Positions 1-11,900 of a stretch of 49,749 bases of DNA are shown here, piece by piece. Source of the stretch: Octopus sinensis (taxonomy: Eukaryota); NCBI RefSeq assembly GCF_006345805.1, contig NW_021834326.1:1-49749 (forward strand), written 5' to 3'. Position numbers and translations under genes: made by a program. The notes under the pieces are model-generated. The model was not told the origin of the DNA. It saw nothing but the letters and a program-made list of their open reading frames with translations, and did not search any database. Within the stretch, counting starts at the first letter, position 1; the number at the start of each line of letters is the position of its first letter.

Positions 1-52
1 TACATACATACATACATCACATCACATACATACATCATACATACAAACATAC

Positions 53-83
<31 letters not shown>

Positions 84-140
84 CAACAACATACATACAT
101 ACATACATTCATGCATGCATACATACATACATATATACAT
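1..140. repeat. (TACA)n microsatellite
   Basis: Near-perfect tacatacata repeats. Confidence 0.95.
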
Positions 141-462
141 GAGGCACATAGCCTAGTGGTTAGAGCAGCGGACTCGTGGTCGAGGGATCGCGAGTTCGAA
201 TCTCAGACCGGGTAATGTGTGTGTTTATGAGCGAAACACCTAAGCTCCACGTGGCTCCGGCAGAAGGTAATGGCGAACTTCTGCTGACTCTTTCGCTACA
301 ACTTTCTCTCACTCTTTCCTCCTGCATCTTGCAGCTCACCTTCGACGGACCGGCATCCCGTCCATGTGGGGAACTTATACGCCAAGGAAACTGGGAAACC
401 GGCCCTATTAGCCAGGCGTGGCTCGAGAAGGAACAAACGACAACAACAACAGCAACAACAAT
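141..462 (+). mobile_element. tRNA-derived SINE (family C), (CAA)n tail
   Basis: tRNA-like head with A box TAGCCTAGTGG and B box GAGTTCGAATC; head and body shared with the copy at 7109; ends in caacaacaac. Confidence 0.8.
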
Positions 463-480
463 AATATATGCATATACATG

Positions 481-615
481 GGCGCAGGAGTGGCTGAGTA
501 ATAAGAAGTTTGCTTCCAAATCGTGAGGTTTTGGGTTCAGTCCCTCTACGTGGCACCTTGGCAAGTGTCTTCTGCTATAGCCTCGGGCCAACCAAAGCCT
601 TGTGAGTGGATTCCC
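481..615 (+). mobile_element. tRNA-derived SINE (family A), 5' half
   Basis: ggcgcaggagtggc...gtggcaccttggcaagtgtcttct...ccaaagccttgtgagtggatt matches copies at 10288-10677, 31323-31460 and 40488-40850. Confidence 0.8.
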
Positions 616-999
616 ACACATGGAATCACGCACGTACGCACACACACAGACTTAGACACACATACGCATACACACACAGACACACACATACACACTCTCG
701 CACACACTGCTACACACATACACGGAGACTCACAAAAACACACACACATTGTGTGCGCACAAAACATGCATATTCCTCCGTACCTGTGATAGCTAGATTG
801 ATACAACACGCTTGTAAAAATACTCGTTAATCTACGTCCACCCCAACCACCTGAGCCCGACAACGTTTCGGCACAACCTCACACTCCACCACCCCACGCA
901 GCACCCCTTCCCCCACATACATCACCCCCATCCTACCCCAACCACTCCATCCCACCCCACATCATACTACAGCATACAACACTCCTGTACGCCACTTGA

Positions 1000-1184
1000 A
1001 ACCACGCGACCCGACATCGCGCCACCATACAGAGCTGACGAGACGTCACGTATGAGTTCAGCTACACCTATATTCCCGTTCGACGGCCGCTAGGGGTGGG
1101 ATGAGATGAGAAGCGGGTACCGACCTTGTACCCTGGTGTACAATAGCGTGTCGTAGTGATGGGCGTGGGCAGCGATGTTAACAG
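1000..1184 (+). other. Candidate first exon of an unidentified host gene
   Basis: CpG-rich unique sequence; ATG at 1159 in gtgATGg context (MGVGSDVN); consensus donor CAG|GTAAGT at 1184/1185. No homology recognised. Confidence 0.3.
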
Positions 1185-1419
1185 GTAAGTACTTCTCCAT
1201 TTTTAGATTGTTGCTTTTTTTGTTCGTTTCTCATCGTTTCTTATCTTCTGTTGTTATTGCTGTTGTTGTTGTTGTTGAAGGTGTTGCTTTGTAGGTTCTT
1301 GTTGTTGTTGTTGTTGTTGTTGTTTTTCTTGTTCTTGTTATTTGCAGTTAGTGCCCCGTGACCAGACAATGCTACTCACCTTCGCTGATTTTGTATTGAG
1401 AATATCAAAACACGACATG

Positions 1420-1540
1420 TAGAAGAAGAAGAAGAAGAAGAAGAAGAAGAAGAAGAAGAAGAAGAAGAAGAAGAGAAGAAGAAGAAGAAGAAGAAGAAGA
1501 AGAAGAAGAAGAAGAAGAAGAAGAAGAAGAAGAAGAAGAA
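1420..1540. repeat. (AAG)n microsatellite
   Basis: Long gaagaagaa run. Confidence 0.95.
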
Positions 1541-1689
1541 AGTGAGAAAAGAGGTGGGCATTATTTAGGGACACATGTAAAAACCCCAGGTATCGTGTTT
1601 GTTTGCTGTGATACAAGAGGCACACGGTTTTATACATCGCCCCTTAACTGATTTATGAGTTTATAGGCAGGCAAGCACGCATGCATAAA

Positions 1690-1702
1690 ACCAACACACA
1701 CA

Positions 1703-1749
<47 letters not shown>

Positions 1750-2330
1750 ACACATACACACTCAGATATTTACCCACCCTCCTGCATATACATACTTGAT
1801 ATGATGGCACGCACCGGAGCACGTATAATCGGGAATTTAATGGCACACGTATAACAGATACATATAACAGATACGTCTACACATGTATGTAGTGTAGGTC
1901 TCATACTTTCTCTGTTCAGACACACACATACACACACACACACACACACACAGATACATACGCATACACATATACATACACACACACACAAACACAACAC
2001 ACTCATACATACATACATACGCATACACGCATACTCACACACACACAAACACAACACACTCATACATACATGCATACGCATACACGCATACTCACACACA
2101 CACAAACACAACACACTCATACATACATACATACGCTTACACGCACACTCATACACTCACATATACACATACACACACACAAACACGCACACTCACACAC
2201 TCACACATACGCATACACACATACATACACACTCACACATATACACATACGCATACACACACACAAACACACTCACACTCACACATACACACATACGCAT
2301 ACACACACAAACAGATTCACACATACATAT
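1690..2330. repeat. Compound (CA)n/(CATA)n repeat with ~58-bp higher-order units
   Basis: cacacacacaaacacaacacactcatacatac...cgcatacacgcatact repeated about 3 times at 1980-2140. Confidence 0.85.
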
Positions 2331-2455
2331 AGGTGCATAGGGATATAACTGTTCCTTGTTTCAACCAGAAGGCGAGGCCATGCTACGGCACCACCATTAC
2401 CGATACATGTGCATATGTATATATGTATGTATGTATGTATGTATACATGTATGCA

Positions 2456-2572
2456 TGGATGTTCCTGGTTCAGTCTCACAGCGTGACACCCTGGGCAAGT
2501 GTTTTCCACTGACCGACCAAAGCCTTGTGAGTGGATTTGGTCGAAGGAAACTGAAAGAAACCCGGTATGCGT
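2456..2572 (+). mobile_element. SINE family A, partial 5' half
   Basis: ctgggcaagtg...ccaaagccttgtgagtggatttggtcgaaggaaactgaaagaa followed by a GT microsatellite. Confidence 0.75.
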
Positions 2573-2702
2573 GTGTGTGCGTGCGTGTGTGTCTTTGGCT
2601 ATGAACATTCTTATGGCTTCGCCGCTCATTTCGAATTGTATCTCCGGCACGTTAACTTGGGATTCCTTAACGACAATGTAAACTTCATGAAATTAAGTTA
2701 TC

Positions 2703-2792
2703 TTCGGCCTGATGAGTAGCTAGCTGAATATTCCTCGTTGCGTAATTTTTACATCAAAGGATATGCTTGCTAAGAAACATATGTAGTCTGAA
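2703..2792 (+). ncRNA. Candidate minimal type I hammerhead ribozyme (Penelope-like/retrozyme type)
   Basis: CUGAUGA 2709-2715; stem II UAGCUAGC/GCUUGCUA extended by AUAUUCCU/AGGAUAU; GAAA 2774-2777; palindromic stem III ACAUAUGU; GUA triplet with A2785; stem I UUCGGC/GUC(U)GAA. Confidence 0.6.
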
Positions 2793-3151
2793 TTCTACCC
2801 ACTGCACTACCTCAATTTGGATATATGTGTGTGTATGCGAGTACACACACACATACACATACACACACGCGCCCGCGCATATCTTCGTCCTATACCAGGA
2901 ATTACTTCCGTAGATTTCTAACGATTTTTCGTCATACTTTATTTACAATTTGGTATGAAAGTATAGAAAGAAATAATCAAAATTAGGCTTATTTTATTAA
3001 ACCAAAGTTTAATAAATTTCATGAAATAAAATAAATGAATCAGATTGGATATAAAGTTGGGTTAAGTTTTTATTTCATATTTCATATTCTCATACGGTTG
3101 TTTCGGACAAAAGGTCTAAGATTCCCATAAATAGAGCATCGTAAAGGCCGA

Positions 3152-3182
<31 letters not shown>

Positions 3183-3186
<4 letters not shown>

Positions 3187-3486
3187 ATAATAATTATTAT
3201 TTGAGGGAATAAAATCCAAACTTACAAGGAAAAAAAATTCAATTTAGAAATATTAAATCAAATTTCACACAATATAACATATATATAAAAAATTAGAAAA
3301 AACACCTTTTATCAATTCAAAATTAACAATTAAATTACACCATCTAGAAAATGACATATAATAGAAAAGTTAAAATTAAATATTTTTATTTTAATTTTAA
3401 CTTTTCTATTATATGTAATTTTCTAGATGGTGTAATTTAATTGTTCATTTTGAATTGATAAAATGTGGGGTTTTTTCTAATTTATA
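3183..3486. repeat. AT-rich element end after (TA)n, containing a ~95-bp-arm inverted repeat
   Basis: Arm ~3286-3380 is the near-exact reverse complement of ~3388-3486, with a very short spacer. Confidence 0.8.
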
Positions 3487-4074
3487 ATACATATTATATA
3501 TATATATATGAAAAATAAGGATAAACATAGTTAATATATGTTTGAGAAATATTTGAATCTGTAAAGGAGTTTCAATGCAATTTGTCACGGAGGTAAAATA
3601 CATACTTAAGACAAAAAGGTATTAAAAGACTATAGACAGGTCACAGCGCTCTCTATTTGAGTGATGGGTGCATTTTAATTTCGTTAGTTCTCTTCAGCAG
3701 CAGATACTAAGAAAGGTAACTTTGAGCTGATTTGGTGAAGGCTGTCCGATAAATACGAATACACAACATTGGCGTCCCGCCATGAATTCCAAAACTCCAC
3801 ATTGCAGATTAGGACAAGTACGAAGTAAGCCTATCATATATGTGAAGACACAGAGTAAGCGTTCAAAACAGTGGAGAGGAGAGAGCAGTCAATCGAATCA
3901 ACTATATTTATATACAGGAGCAGATAAACAAAAGAAAACGGCACTCAATGCATTTAATTGGAATTGCTAGTGTTTGATTGCTGATTGATTCAGGTACATA
4001 ATACCTGGAATTTCGTAAGCACAGAACGTGCTCACATCCTTCGATGTCAGAGTCTGTGCGTCTGAGGAATAATG

Positions 4075-4271
4075 ACATACACATACATACATACATACAT
4101 ACATACATACATACATACATACATACATACATACATACATGCATTCGCACATACGTGCATTCGGACATACATGCATTCGGACATACAAACATATGCTCAC
4201 GAATAGGAACGCCGTGGTTGGTAAGAATTATTAACACAGCAATACAGATAGATACAGTGTGTGTGTATATA

Positions 4272-4316
<45 letters not shown>

Positions 4317-4576
4317 AAAAGAGAGAGGGGTAGAGGGAGAGAAATTGAGAAAGAATAAGAAAGTGTGTGAGAGAGAAAGAGTTGAAATAAGAGTGAGGGG
4401 AAAAACCGAGGGAGAGAGAAACAGAGAGATAAATCCCCACGTAGACGCCTCAGAAGATAAAGCATAGGGTACAAAAAATGGGATTTATGGGGCAGGTGTA
4501 TGAATGAGAGGGATGACATTTGTGTGTACATGTGTGTGTGTTTATGAATGTGTTTATGTGTTGAGAGTTATTTCTG

Positions 4577-4635
<59 letters not shown>

Positions 4636-4640
4636 TGTGT
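4075..4640. repeat. (TACA)n, (GT)n(GA)n and (GT)n microsatellites
   Basis: Direct reading. Confidence 0.9.
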
Positions 4641-5739
4641 TTCTGGGAACGGGGTATGTTCTTTTTTTTTTATCTCGTGCTTTTGGTTTCTCCAGGTGTA
4701 TACTTGAGGTTTGTAGGTCACCATGTGAAAACAAGGCTTCGTTGTTGTTAAGGGTTTTAGTTATATGCACTATGCGAATGTTGTATATATATATATATAC
4801 ATATATACGTATTTATAAAAGTATATTTAAATATATAAATAAGTAAATACGCATATATTCTATCCTTTTTTTATTGTTTCATTCATTTGACTGCAGCCAT
4901 GCTGGAGCACCCCGTATATATATAATAGTATATATCATAAATATATAATATATACGTATGTGTGTGTGTGCACGAGCTTTGCTTAGCATGCTACAGGTGT
5001 TTTCGCCGAATCTAGCTTGACTATTTTCAAGTTAGATGTTTCTTCTGTGAAACCTTTTGCTTTTTTCTGTATTACTCATCTATGCGTGCATCAGAACAAT
5101 TACGTTGCTTGATCCCTTAACGCTCATTATCAATCAGCAATTTGTCCCATTATCAGAATAAAGAATGATAAAGAGACAGTAACAATCAAGGAGACATAAT
5201 TACTTTGTTCTGTCTTTCATATATTTTTTTTACGCTACATTAGGTTCCTCATAATATTTACCTCTTTTAATATTATTACCGCCATTTGAAGTGGACGGTA
5301 AAGACGACATATTTCTCGTAGAATCTGAATCGTGAAACAACTTTACCTTTATATTTCTCACACTTTCTGATAGCTTCCTTTCTTTTACGTGCTTTCTTAA
5401 CTTTAAAATCCGAATTCTTTATATATTCTGCTTATACTTCTATGCTCTTCCCCCAAAATTCCAGATCCTCTTCATAAAAATTCTAGAGAACTTGGAATGA
5501 ATAAAAAAGAAGTCTCTTTAAGTAAAATCTTAATTGGAGGATAAGATACTACACCCACACCATCTCTCTCTTTCTTCCCCCCTCTCTCTCTCTTCATATA
5601 TATATATACATATATACATACATACATATATTTATATATATATATATATATATATATTATATTAATATATATATATATATATATATATACTATACATATA
5701 TATATATATATATATATATCTTATATTATATTATATATT

Positions 5740-5862
5740 ACTTGTTTCAGGCATTTGACTGCGGCTATGCTGGAGCAATGCCTTAAAGGGTTTTAGTCGA
5801 TGAAATCGACCCCAGCACTTACTCAAATGACTGAAACAAGTAAAAGAGAAAAGAATAAGAGA
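5740..5862. mobile_element. Two opposed 3'-end fragments of SINE family A
   Basis: cttgtttcaggcatttgactgcggctatgctggagca (- strand end) followed by caaatgactgaaacaagtaaaagag (+ strand end). Confidence 0.65.
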
Positions 5863-5867
5863 TTTAT

Positions 5868-6901
5868 TTGTTCGACTGCATGATCATCGTTTTTCATGAT
5901 ATCCGCGGTATTGTGCATTCGTCCCCCAGGTCCAGAGAATTCGTCTCCGAGGGCCAGACCGTTAACCAAGAGTTCTACTGCAACGTTTTAAAGCGTTTGA
6001 GGGGGGCCATTCAACGAAAGCGATCGGATCTGTGGAACGCGAAGTATTGGATTCTTTACTGAGCTCTCCTCACTGGTGAGCCTCTCACAAAAAAACATGT
6101 TATCGCTTTTGTACACACGACCTGTTTGCCAGATTTAGCCCCTGCTGACTTCCATGTCTTCCTCAGGATGAAAATGCAGCTAAAGGTCGCCGTTTTAACA
6201 CCATTGTCGAGACCCAGAGAAAATCGCAGAAGGTCTTCGACATGTTTACGGAAAACGACTTCCAGGCCGAATTCCAAAAGTAGGTGACTACAGTAAATCC
6301 TTGAGTATAATCCGCCCTTGATATACTACGCAAGGGATTGTTAGGGGGCTGTACCTCTGAAAAACCTAAACCTTGTGTATAATACGCACTCCTTCTTTAA
6401 CTTGAATCGTGCGTAATTAAGCCAGCAGCACCTAGTCGAACAAACACTTCCGCGCATGGGTAATACAATAATGGTGATGTTCTTAACTGTTATATGGGAA
6501 TGTAAATATGTTTGCAAATTGTTTTTGTTACCTGTTATTCTGTGTTCTGAATACTTTTATTTTAATAAATGTTTCTTACTGCAAGTTATGGATGATTCTT
6601 TTATGACTTCTTTGCTTTCACGCTTAGCTTCAGGTATTTTCGCGCCCGAAATCACAAAATGCGTCTGACTAAACATTGCCGGACAGCAAATAGAGACTCG
6701 GATATTATTTAGAAAATATTTTTCATTTTCAACCTCGTATATAGTACGCACTAGGGATTTTGACCTTTAAATTTTGGGAAAAAAATGCGGATTATACTCG
6801 AGGATTTACGGTATTTCGAGGGAGATGATGTTCAAACTTAGGAAATTATGTTATTTTGTTTTAGAAAAACTAGCCCGGGAACTTTTTGATACCTACTCGT
6901 A
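5868..6901 (+). mobile_element. Decayed mariner (DD34D) transposon, 3' part, interrupted by a MITE
   Basis: Translates to MIIVFHDIRGIVH..EFVSEGQTVNQEFYCNVLKRLR, PDLAPADFHVFLRMKMQLKGRRF and, across the MITE, the mariner C-terminus GDYFEGD. Ends in TIR-like gggaactttttgatacctactcg+TA. Confidence 0.85.
6291..6811. mobile_element. Non-autonomous Tc1/pogo-type MITE, 521 bp
   Basis: TIRs cagtaaatccttgagtataatccgc and gcggattatactcgaggatttacgg (2 mismatches); TA duplication at 6289-6290 and 6812-6813; internal repeats of ctYgNgtataatacgca. Confidence 0.9.
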
Positions 6902-7105
6902 TGTATGTATTTATGTATGTATGTATTTATGTATGTATGTATGTATGTATGTATGTATGTATGTATGTATGTGTATGTGTGTGTGTATGTATGTATTTAT
7001 GTATGTGTGTATGTGTGTATGTGTGTGTATGTATGTATGTATGTATGTGTGTATGTGTGTGTGTATGTATGTATGCATGTATTTATGTGTACATATATAT
7101 GTATG
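6900..7105. repeat. (TATG)n/(TG)n microsatellite starting at the mariner terminal TA
   Basis: Direct reading. Confidence 0.9.
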
Positions 7106-7108
7106 CTT

Positions 7109-7410
7109 GGAGGCGCAATTGCCCAGTTGTTAAGGCAGCGGACTCGTGGTCGTAGGATCGCGGTTTCGATTCCCAGACCGGGTTTTGTGATTGTTCATTG
7201 AGCAAAAACACCTAAAAGCCCCACGAGGCTCCAGCAGCAGGTGGTTGTAATCCCTGATGTACGCTTTCGCCACAACTTTCTCCCACTCTTTCTTCGCTTG
7301 GCCTGCTCGCTTAGCCAGTGGGGTGGCGTCATTTGAAAGCTAAAACAATGCGAAGCGCATTGTGACCAGCCATGTGTAGCAACATCTGAGAGCCTAGTCG
7401 GTCACGGTCA
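7109..7410 (+). mobile_element. SINE family C, alternative 3' tail
   Basis: Head gcagcggactcgtggtcg..gatcgcgg.ttcgattcccagaccggg and body shared with 141-462; 3' part unrelated to it. Confidence 0.75.
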
Positions 7411-7811
7411 TCACAGTGATATATGTATGCACATATATGAGTGATTATATGTATATTATATGTGTACATGAAAATTTAAATGCATGGGTGAATACAAATA
7501 TATTCTCTATCAACATCTGGATATATACGAGTGTGTATATATGCTTGTGCGCATGTGTCTGTATGCACAAACATTCTCACATGCCCACGCACGCTTACAC
7601 ACACACACACACACACATACATAGGCATGTATATAAATATATCGATGCATATGTATGTAATCAAATATGTGTAGGTATGTAACTATGAATGTATATATAT
7701 GTGTATGTGTTTGTGTATGTGTGTGTGCGTGCGTGTGTATATGTGTGTATATATTTATGCATGCATATGTGGATGTATGTATATATGCATACATGTATGT
7801 ATCCATCGACA

Positions 7812-7844
<33 letters not shown>

Positions 7845-7972
7845 GCCTGTAGACATACATATACGCGTATACATATGTGTGTGTGTGTGTTTGTTTCTAT
7901 GATACTCAGATATTTATATAAATTACATACATATGTATATATATATATATATATATGTATGTATTATGTATG

Positions 7973-8006
<34 letters not shown>

Positions 8007-8228
8007 TGTATGTATGAATGTATGTATGTATGTATGTATGTAGGTAGGTATGATATGTATGTATGTATGCATGTATTTATGCATTCGTACACACACACAT
8101 ATATATGCATATAAACTGATATGCATGTCAGAGAGAGAGAGAGAAGAAGAGAAATATACGTTTGCACTTGAAGAGACACTCCAGATAAATCCGTATATGC
8201 GGATAAAGATGCATGCAAATGCATACAC

Positions 8229-8317
<89 letters not shown>

Positions 8318-8744
8318 CATATGCATATACACATATGTATGTATGCATGTATATATATATATATATATATATATATGCATGTGTGTGTGTATGTGTATAA
8401 ACGTGTGTATTAAACAGTATGTAAAAACGGTGATGATGGTTTAGCAGAGACTATCCAAAATAAAAAGAAAAAAAAAAATCCATCTTTAGAATTCTAGGAA
8501 CATATTGATTAAAGAGAACAAAGAGAACTGCAACTTTAAAATAGCATTTTAAATGGTAATAGAGAGATCTACTAATTATATTTGGGTAAATGAATCTAGG
8601 CTAATCACTTTGTGTCTAATTCTGTAAGCTCTTCTCTGTCTTCCTCTTATTATATGCGCGCGCATCTCTCTCCCTGTATCTACTCATTCTCGTTTTCTAT
8701 ATTCGTGTTTGGCATCTTTGTCTCTGTATATGTGTATGTGTGTG

Positions 8745-8794
<50 letters not shown>

Positions 8795-8815
8795 TACATA
8801 GAACCATATGTATGA

Positions 8816-8872
<57 letters not shown>

Positions 8873-8908
8873 CATACATACATATATATATATGTATATA
8901 TATATATG

Positions 8909-8966
<58 letters not shown>

Positions 8967-9353
8967 ATATACGACGTATGTAGATTTATATTTATATACA
9001 TGTATGTAAATGTTTAGGTATGCAAGTATTTGTGCATGTGTGTTTTTGGTTTGTGTGTGTAGGTCCTCATACGTCCGCATACATACGTATCCGTGTGTGT
9101 GTGTGTGAGTGTGTGTATGTGTGTGTGCGTGTGTGTGTCTGCATGTGGGCGTATTTGTGTGTGTGTATGTAAATTTGTAAATTGATCAGATCGAGTATAT
9201 TATATTGTTACATATAAAAACACGCGCGCACATGCTCCTATAAATATGCACATATGAATATATATATATATATTATATATATACGTAAATATTTGTACAT
9301 ATACACACACATATATATATATGTATATGTATATATGGATATGTATATACGTA

Positions 9354-9407
<54 letters not shown>

Positions 9408-9410
9408 ACA
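7410..9410. repeat. Large compound (TA)n/(TATG)n/(TG)n microsatellite field
   Basis: Direct reading; all ORFs here are Y/I/V/C/M repeat artefacts. Confidence 0.9.
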
Positions 9411-9905
9411 TGTGAAATCTGTGTGGCAGCATCCGTATGCGTATCTATAATGGTATGCATTATCCATACTTACACATGTTTGTGTATAACAAATAAACAT
9501 ATTACCAACAACCTTGTACGACTACGACTTCATAATACAAGCACCGAAAGCAAAGATATATGCAAATAAGTACAAACATATACGCATGCGTGTTTTTGCC
9601 TACATCAGCATAAAGGTTTACTTATTCGCGTATCGATTACTCATTCTCATTAATAAATCAGCATGTTTAAAATTTGTATTGATAGGTGGGCCTGTGCACA
9701 AATATGTGAGAGGAGGTGTAGGTAGCTTGACATTTGTTGGGGGTGGATGGGATACGCTGGGGTAAAGTAGTGCTAGGGTGGGTTGGAGGTGCATCTTTGA
9801 AGATTTCAGCTTTAGATTCGAATGAATAAACTTTTTACTTCAAGTAATGATATACATTTTCTTGCGGTTTATACCAGAACATTAATATCTATCTATCTAT
9901 CTATA

Positions 9906-10006
<101 letters not shown>

Positions 10007-10065
10007 CCCCCTTATTTTTGTCCTCTTCTCCTCCTTTTACGATCCCTTTTGATCGACCTCCCCTT

Positions 10066-10104
<39 letters not shown>

Positions 10105-10176
10105 CCTTCAAAAGAAAAGCTCTACCTTGTAATTTGTTCTATCTGTGTGCAGCCCTGTGTGGCTAATAAAGAAACA
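10007..10176 (+). mobile_element. 5'-truncated 3' UTR stub of the Tx1-like LINE, within (TATC)n
   Basis: ttttacgatcccttttgatcga...aaagaaaagctctaccttgtaatttgttctatctgtgtgcagccctgtgtggctaataaagaaaca is nearly identical to 29830-29990; (CTAT)n at 9887-10006 and TATC repeats from 10177. Confidence 0.9.
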
Positions 10177-10287
10177 TATCTATCTATCTATCACTATCTC
10201 TCTCTATATATATATCTATCTGTCTGACTGTCTGTCTGTCTGTCTGTCTTTCTCTATCTCTGTATGTCTGCCTGTCTGTATACCTGT

Positions 10288-10677
10288 TCTTTTATTCTTT
10301 AATTCTTTTAATTGTTTCAGTCATTTGACTGCAGCCATGCTGGAGCACCGCCTTTAGTCAAACAAACCAACCCCATGTCTTATTCTTTGTAAGCCTAGTA
10401 CATATCTATTAGTTTGTTTTCCGAACTGCTAAGTTACTGGAACGTAAACACACCAACATCGGTTGTCAAGCGATGAAGGGTGGGACAAACACATACACAC
10501 ACACACAGATGTATATATAAATACGACGGTCTTCTTTCAGTTTCCCTCTACCAAATCCACTCACAAGGCTTTGGTCCGTTCGAGGTTATAGTAGAAGACA
10601 CTTTTACCCAAGGTGCCACGCAGTGGGGCTGAACCCGGAACCATGTGGTTGGGAATCAAGCTTCTTACCACACCACC
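10288..10677 (-). mobile_element. SINE family A, full length with internal microsatellite
   Basis: tRNA-like head near 10677, ccttgggtaaaagtgtcttctactataacc body, central (CA/TA) tract, tail tgactgaaacaatt. Confidence 0.85.
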
Positions 10678-10739
10678 GTCAATCTGTCAGTCTGTCTGTC
10701 TGCCTGTCTATCTGTCTATTTATCTTCCTATCTATTGAG

Positions 10740-10767
10740 AAATAGATAGATAGATAGATAGATAGAG

Positions 10768-10839
<72 letters not shown>

Positions 10840-11063
10840 TGATTGATTGATTGATAGATAGATCACCTCCCTGATCGATATTTTTCCGCACTTGATGCTT
10901 TTTTTCTAATTGTATCCCCTCCATCCCGCTCCATACAAACGTAATACATACATACATACATACATACATACGTACGTACGTACGTACGTACGTACGTACA
11001 TACATACATACATACATACATACATACATACATACATACATACATACATACATACATACATAC
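10740..11063. repeat. (GATA)n and (TACA)n/(TACG)n microsatellites
   Basis: Direct reading. Confidence 0.9.
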
Positions 11064-11900
11064 AATCTGCTTCTCCCATTTCTTTCTGTTCTTTGTTGTT
11101 CCTTTTTAAGCAATTTATTTTCATTGATTTTTTAGCGAATTTCAATACAAAGTGAGGCAGGTGCTGCCCAGCTTCGATTGGACAGCACAAAATGACTCTA
11201 GTTGGATAATTCCCTACCTTCCACACCTGACCAAGACCCTTAATTTTCACAATTCAGTGAATTCTATTAATTATTATAGGCTACGTTTCAAGAAAATTCA
11301 TCAGATATGTCTGTGGATATGTTAACAAGGCATATGGTTGTTCTGATAAAGCAAAACAGCCGCAATAAAGTTAGGCAATTACAGTAGGAATATTACATCA
11401 GTAATAATGAAGCTTTCTGTATCTCATTTGCCTTTCGTATTCATGATTTAATAACTTGTGATCTACTTGGAAATGACCAAGCAACTGCCATAGAATAAGC
11501 ACAATGTCCAAGGAAAACAACACTTGAAACCTTTTTGCAGGCTGTGCTATTGACCTCTCCTTACAAATATATTGCTGTATTCTCCAGTTCCTCTTATCTT
11601 ACATGGAAAACAAGCGATGGTAACGAAGAAAGCAAAGTAACCTAGCTGAAGGTCAACCTGACATGGTTTTGAGTGAGCCATTGGAACTATATACACTGTA
11701 TACCTCAGTCAACATTAATATCTCTTTCTATAGCATTTCCTCCACGAAGTGCCAGATCTAAGTATATTCTGAGATTTACGAATAGTCGATGCGAAAATCC
11801 CTACCTCTTACAGAGTGTTAGGTTTGAAATATTGGGGAGAATGATGCTCAACAGGATGCAGTGTTGCCAGAAGACTTAGGATGGTTTTTTCCATATTATT

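Noticed and set aside
141-215. Functional tRNA gene
   Set aside because: The tRNA-like sequence continues into a repeated SINE body with no terminator, so it is a SINE head. The same holds at 7109, 15144 and 49626.
3670-3705. Minus-strand CUGAAGA-GAACUAAC-GAAAUUA core
   Set aside because: No stem I or stem III.
9558-9635. Imperfect hairpin atatgcaaataagtacaaac/gtttacttattcgcgtat
   Set aside because: The ~38-nt loop and AT-rich arms do not fit a pre-miRNA; likely chance or an old MITE.
9720-9790. G-run cluster (G-quadruplex candidate)
   Set aside because: Long irregular loops and no functional context.
11271-11315. Minus-strand CUGAUGA-8nt-GAAACGUA hammerhead-like core
   Set aside because: Stem II is at most one pair and stem I does not pair.
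11100-11880. Possible decayed coding sequence next to the mariner
   Set aside because: No recognisable motif in any frame and frequent stops.
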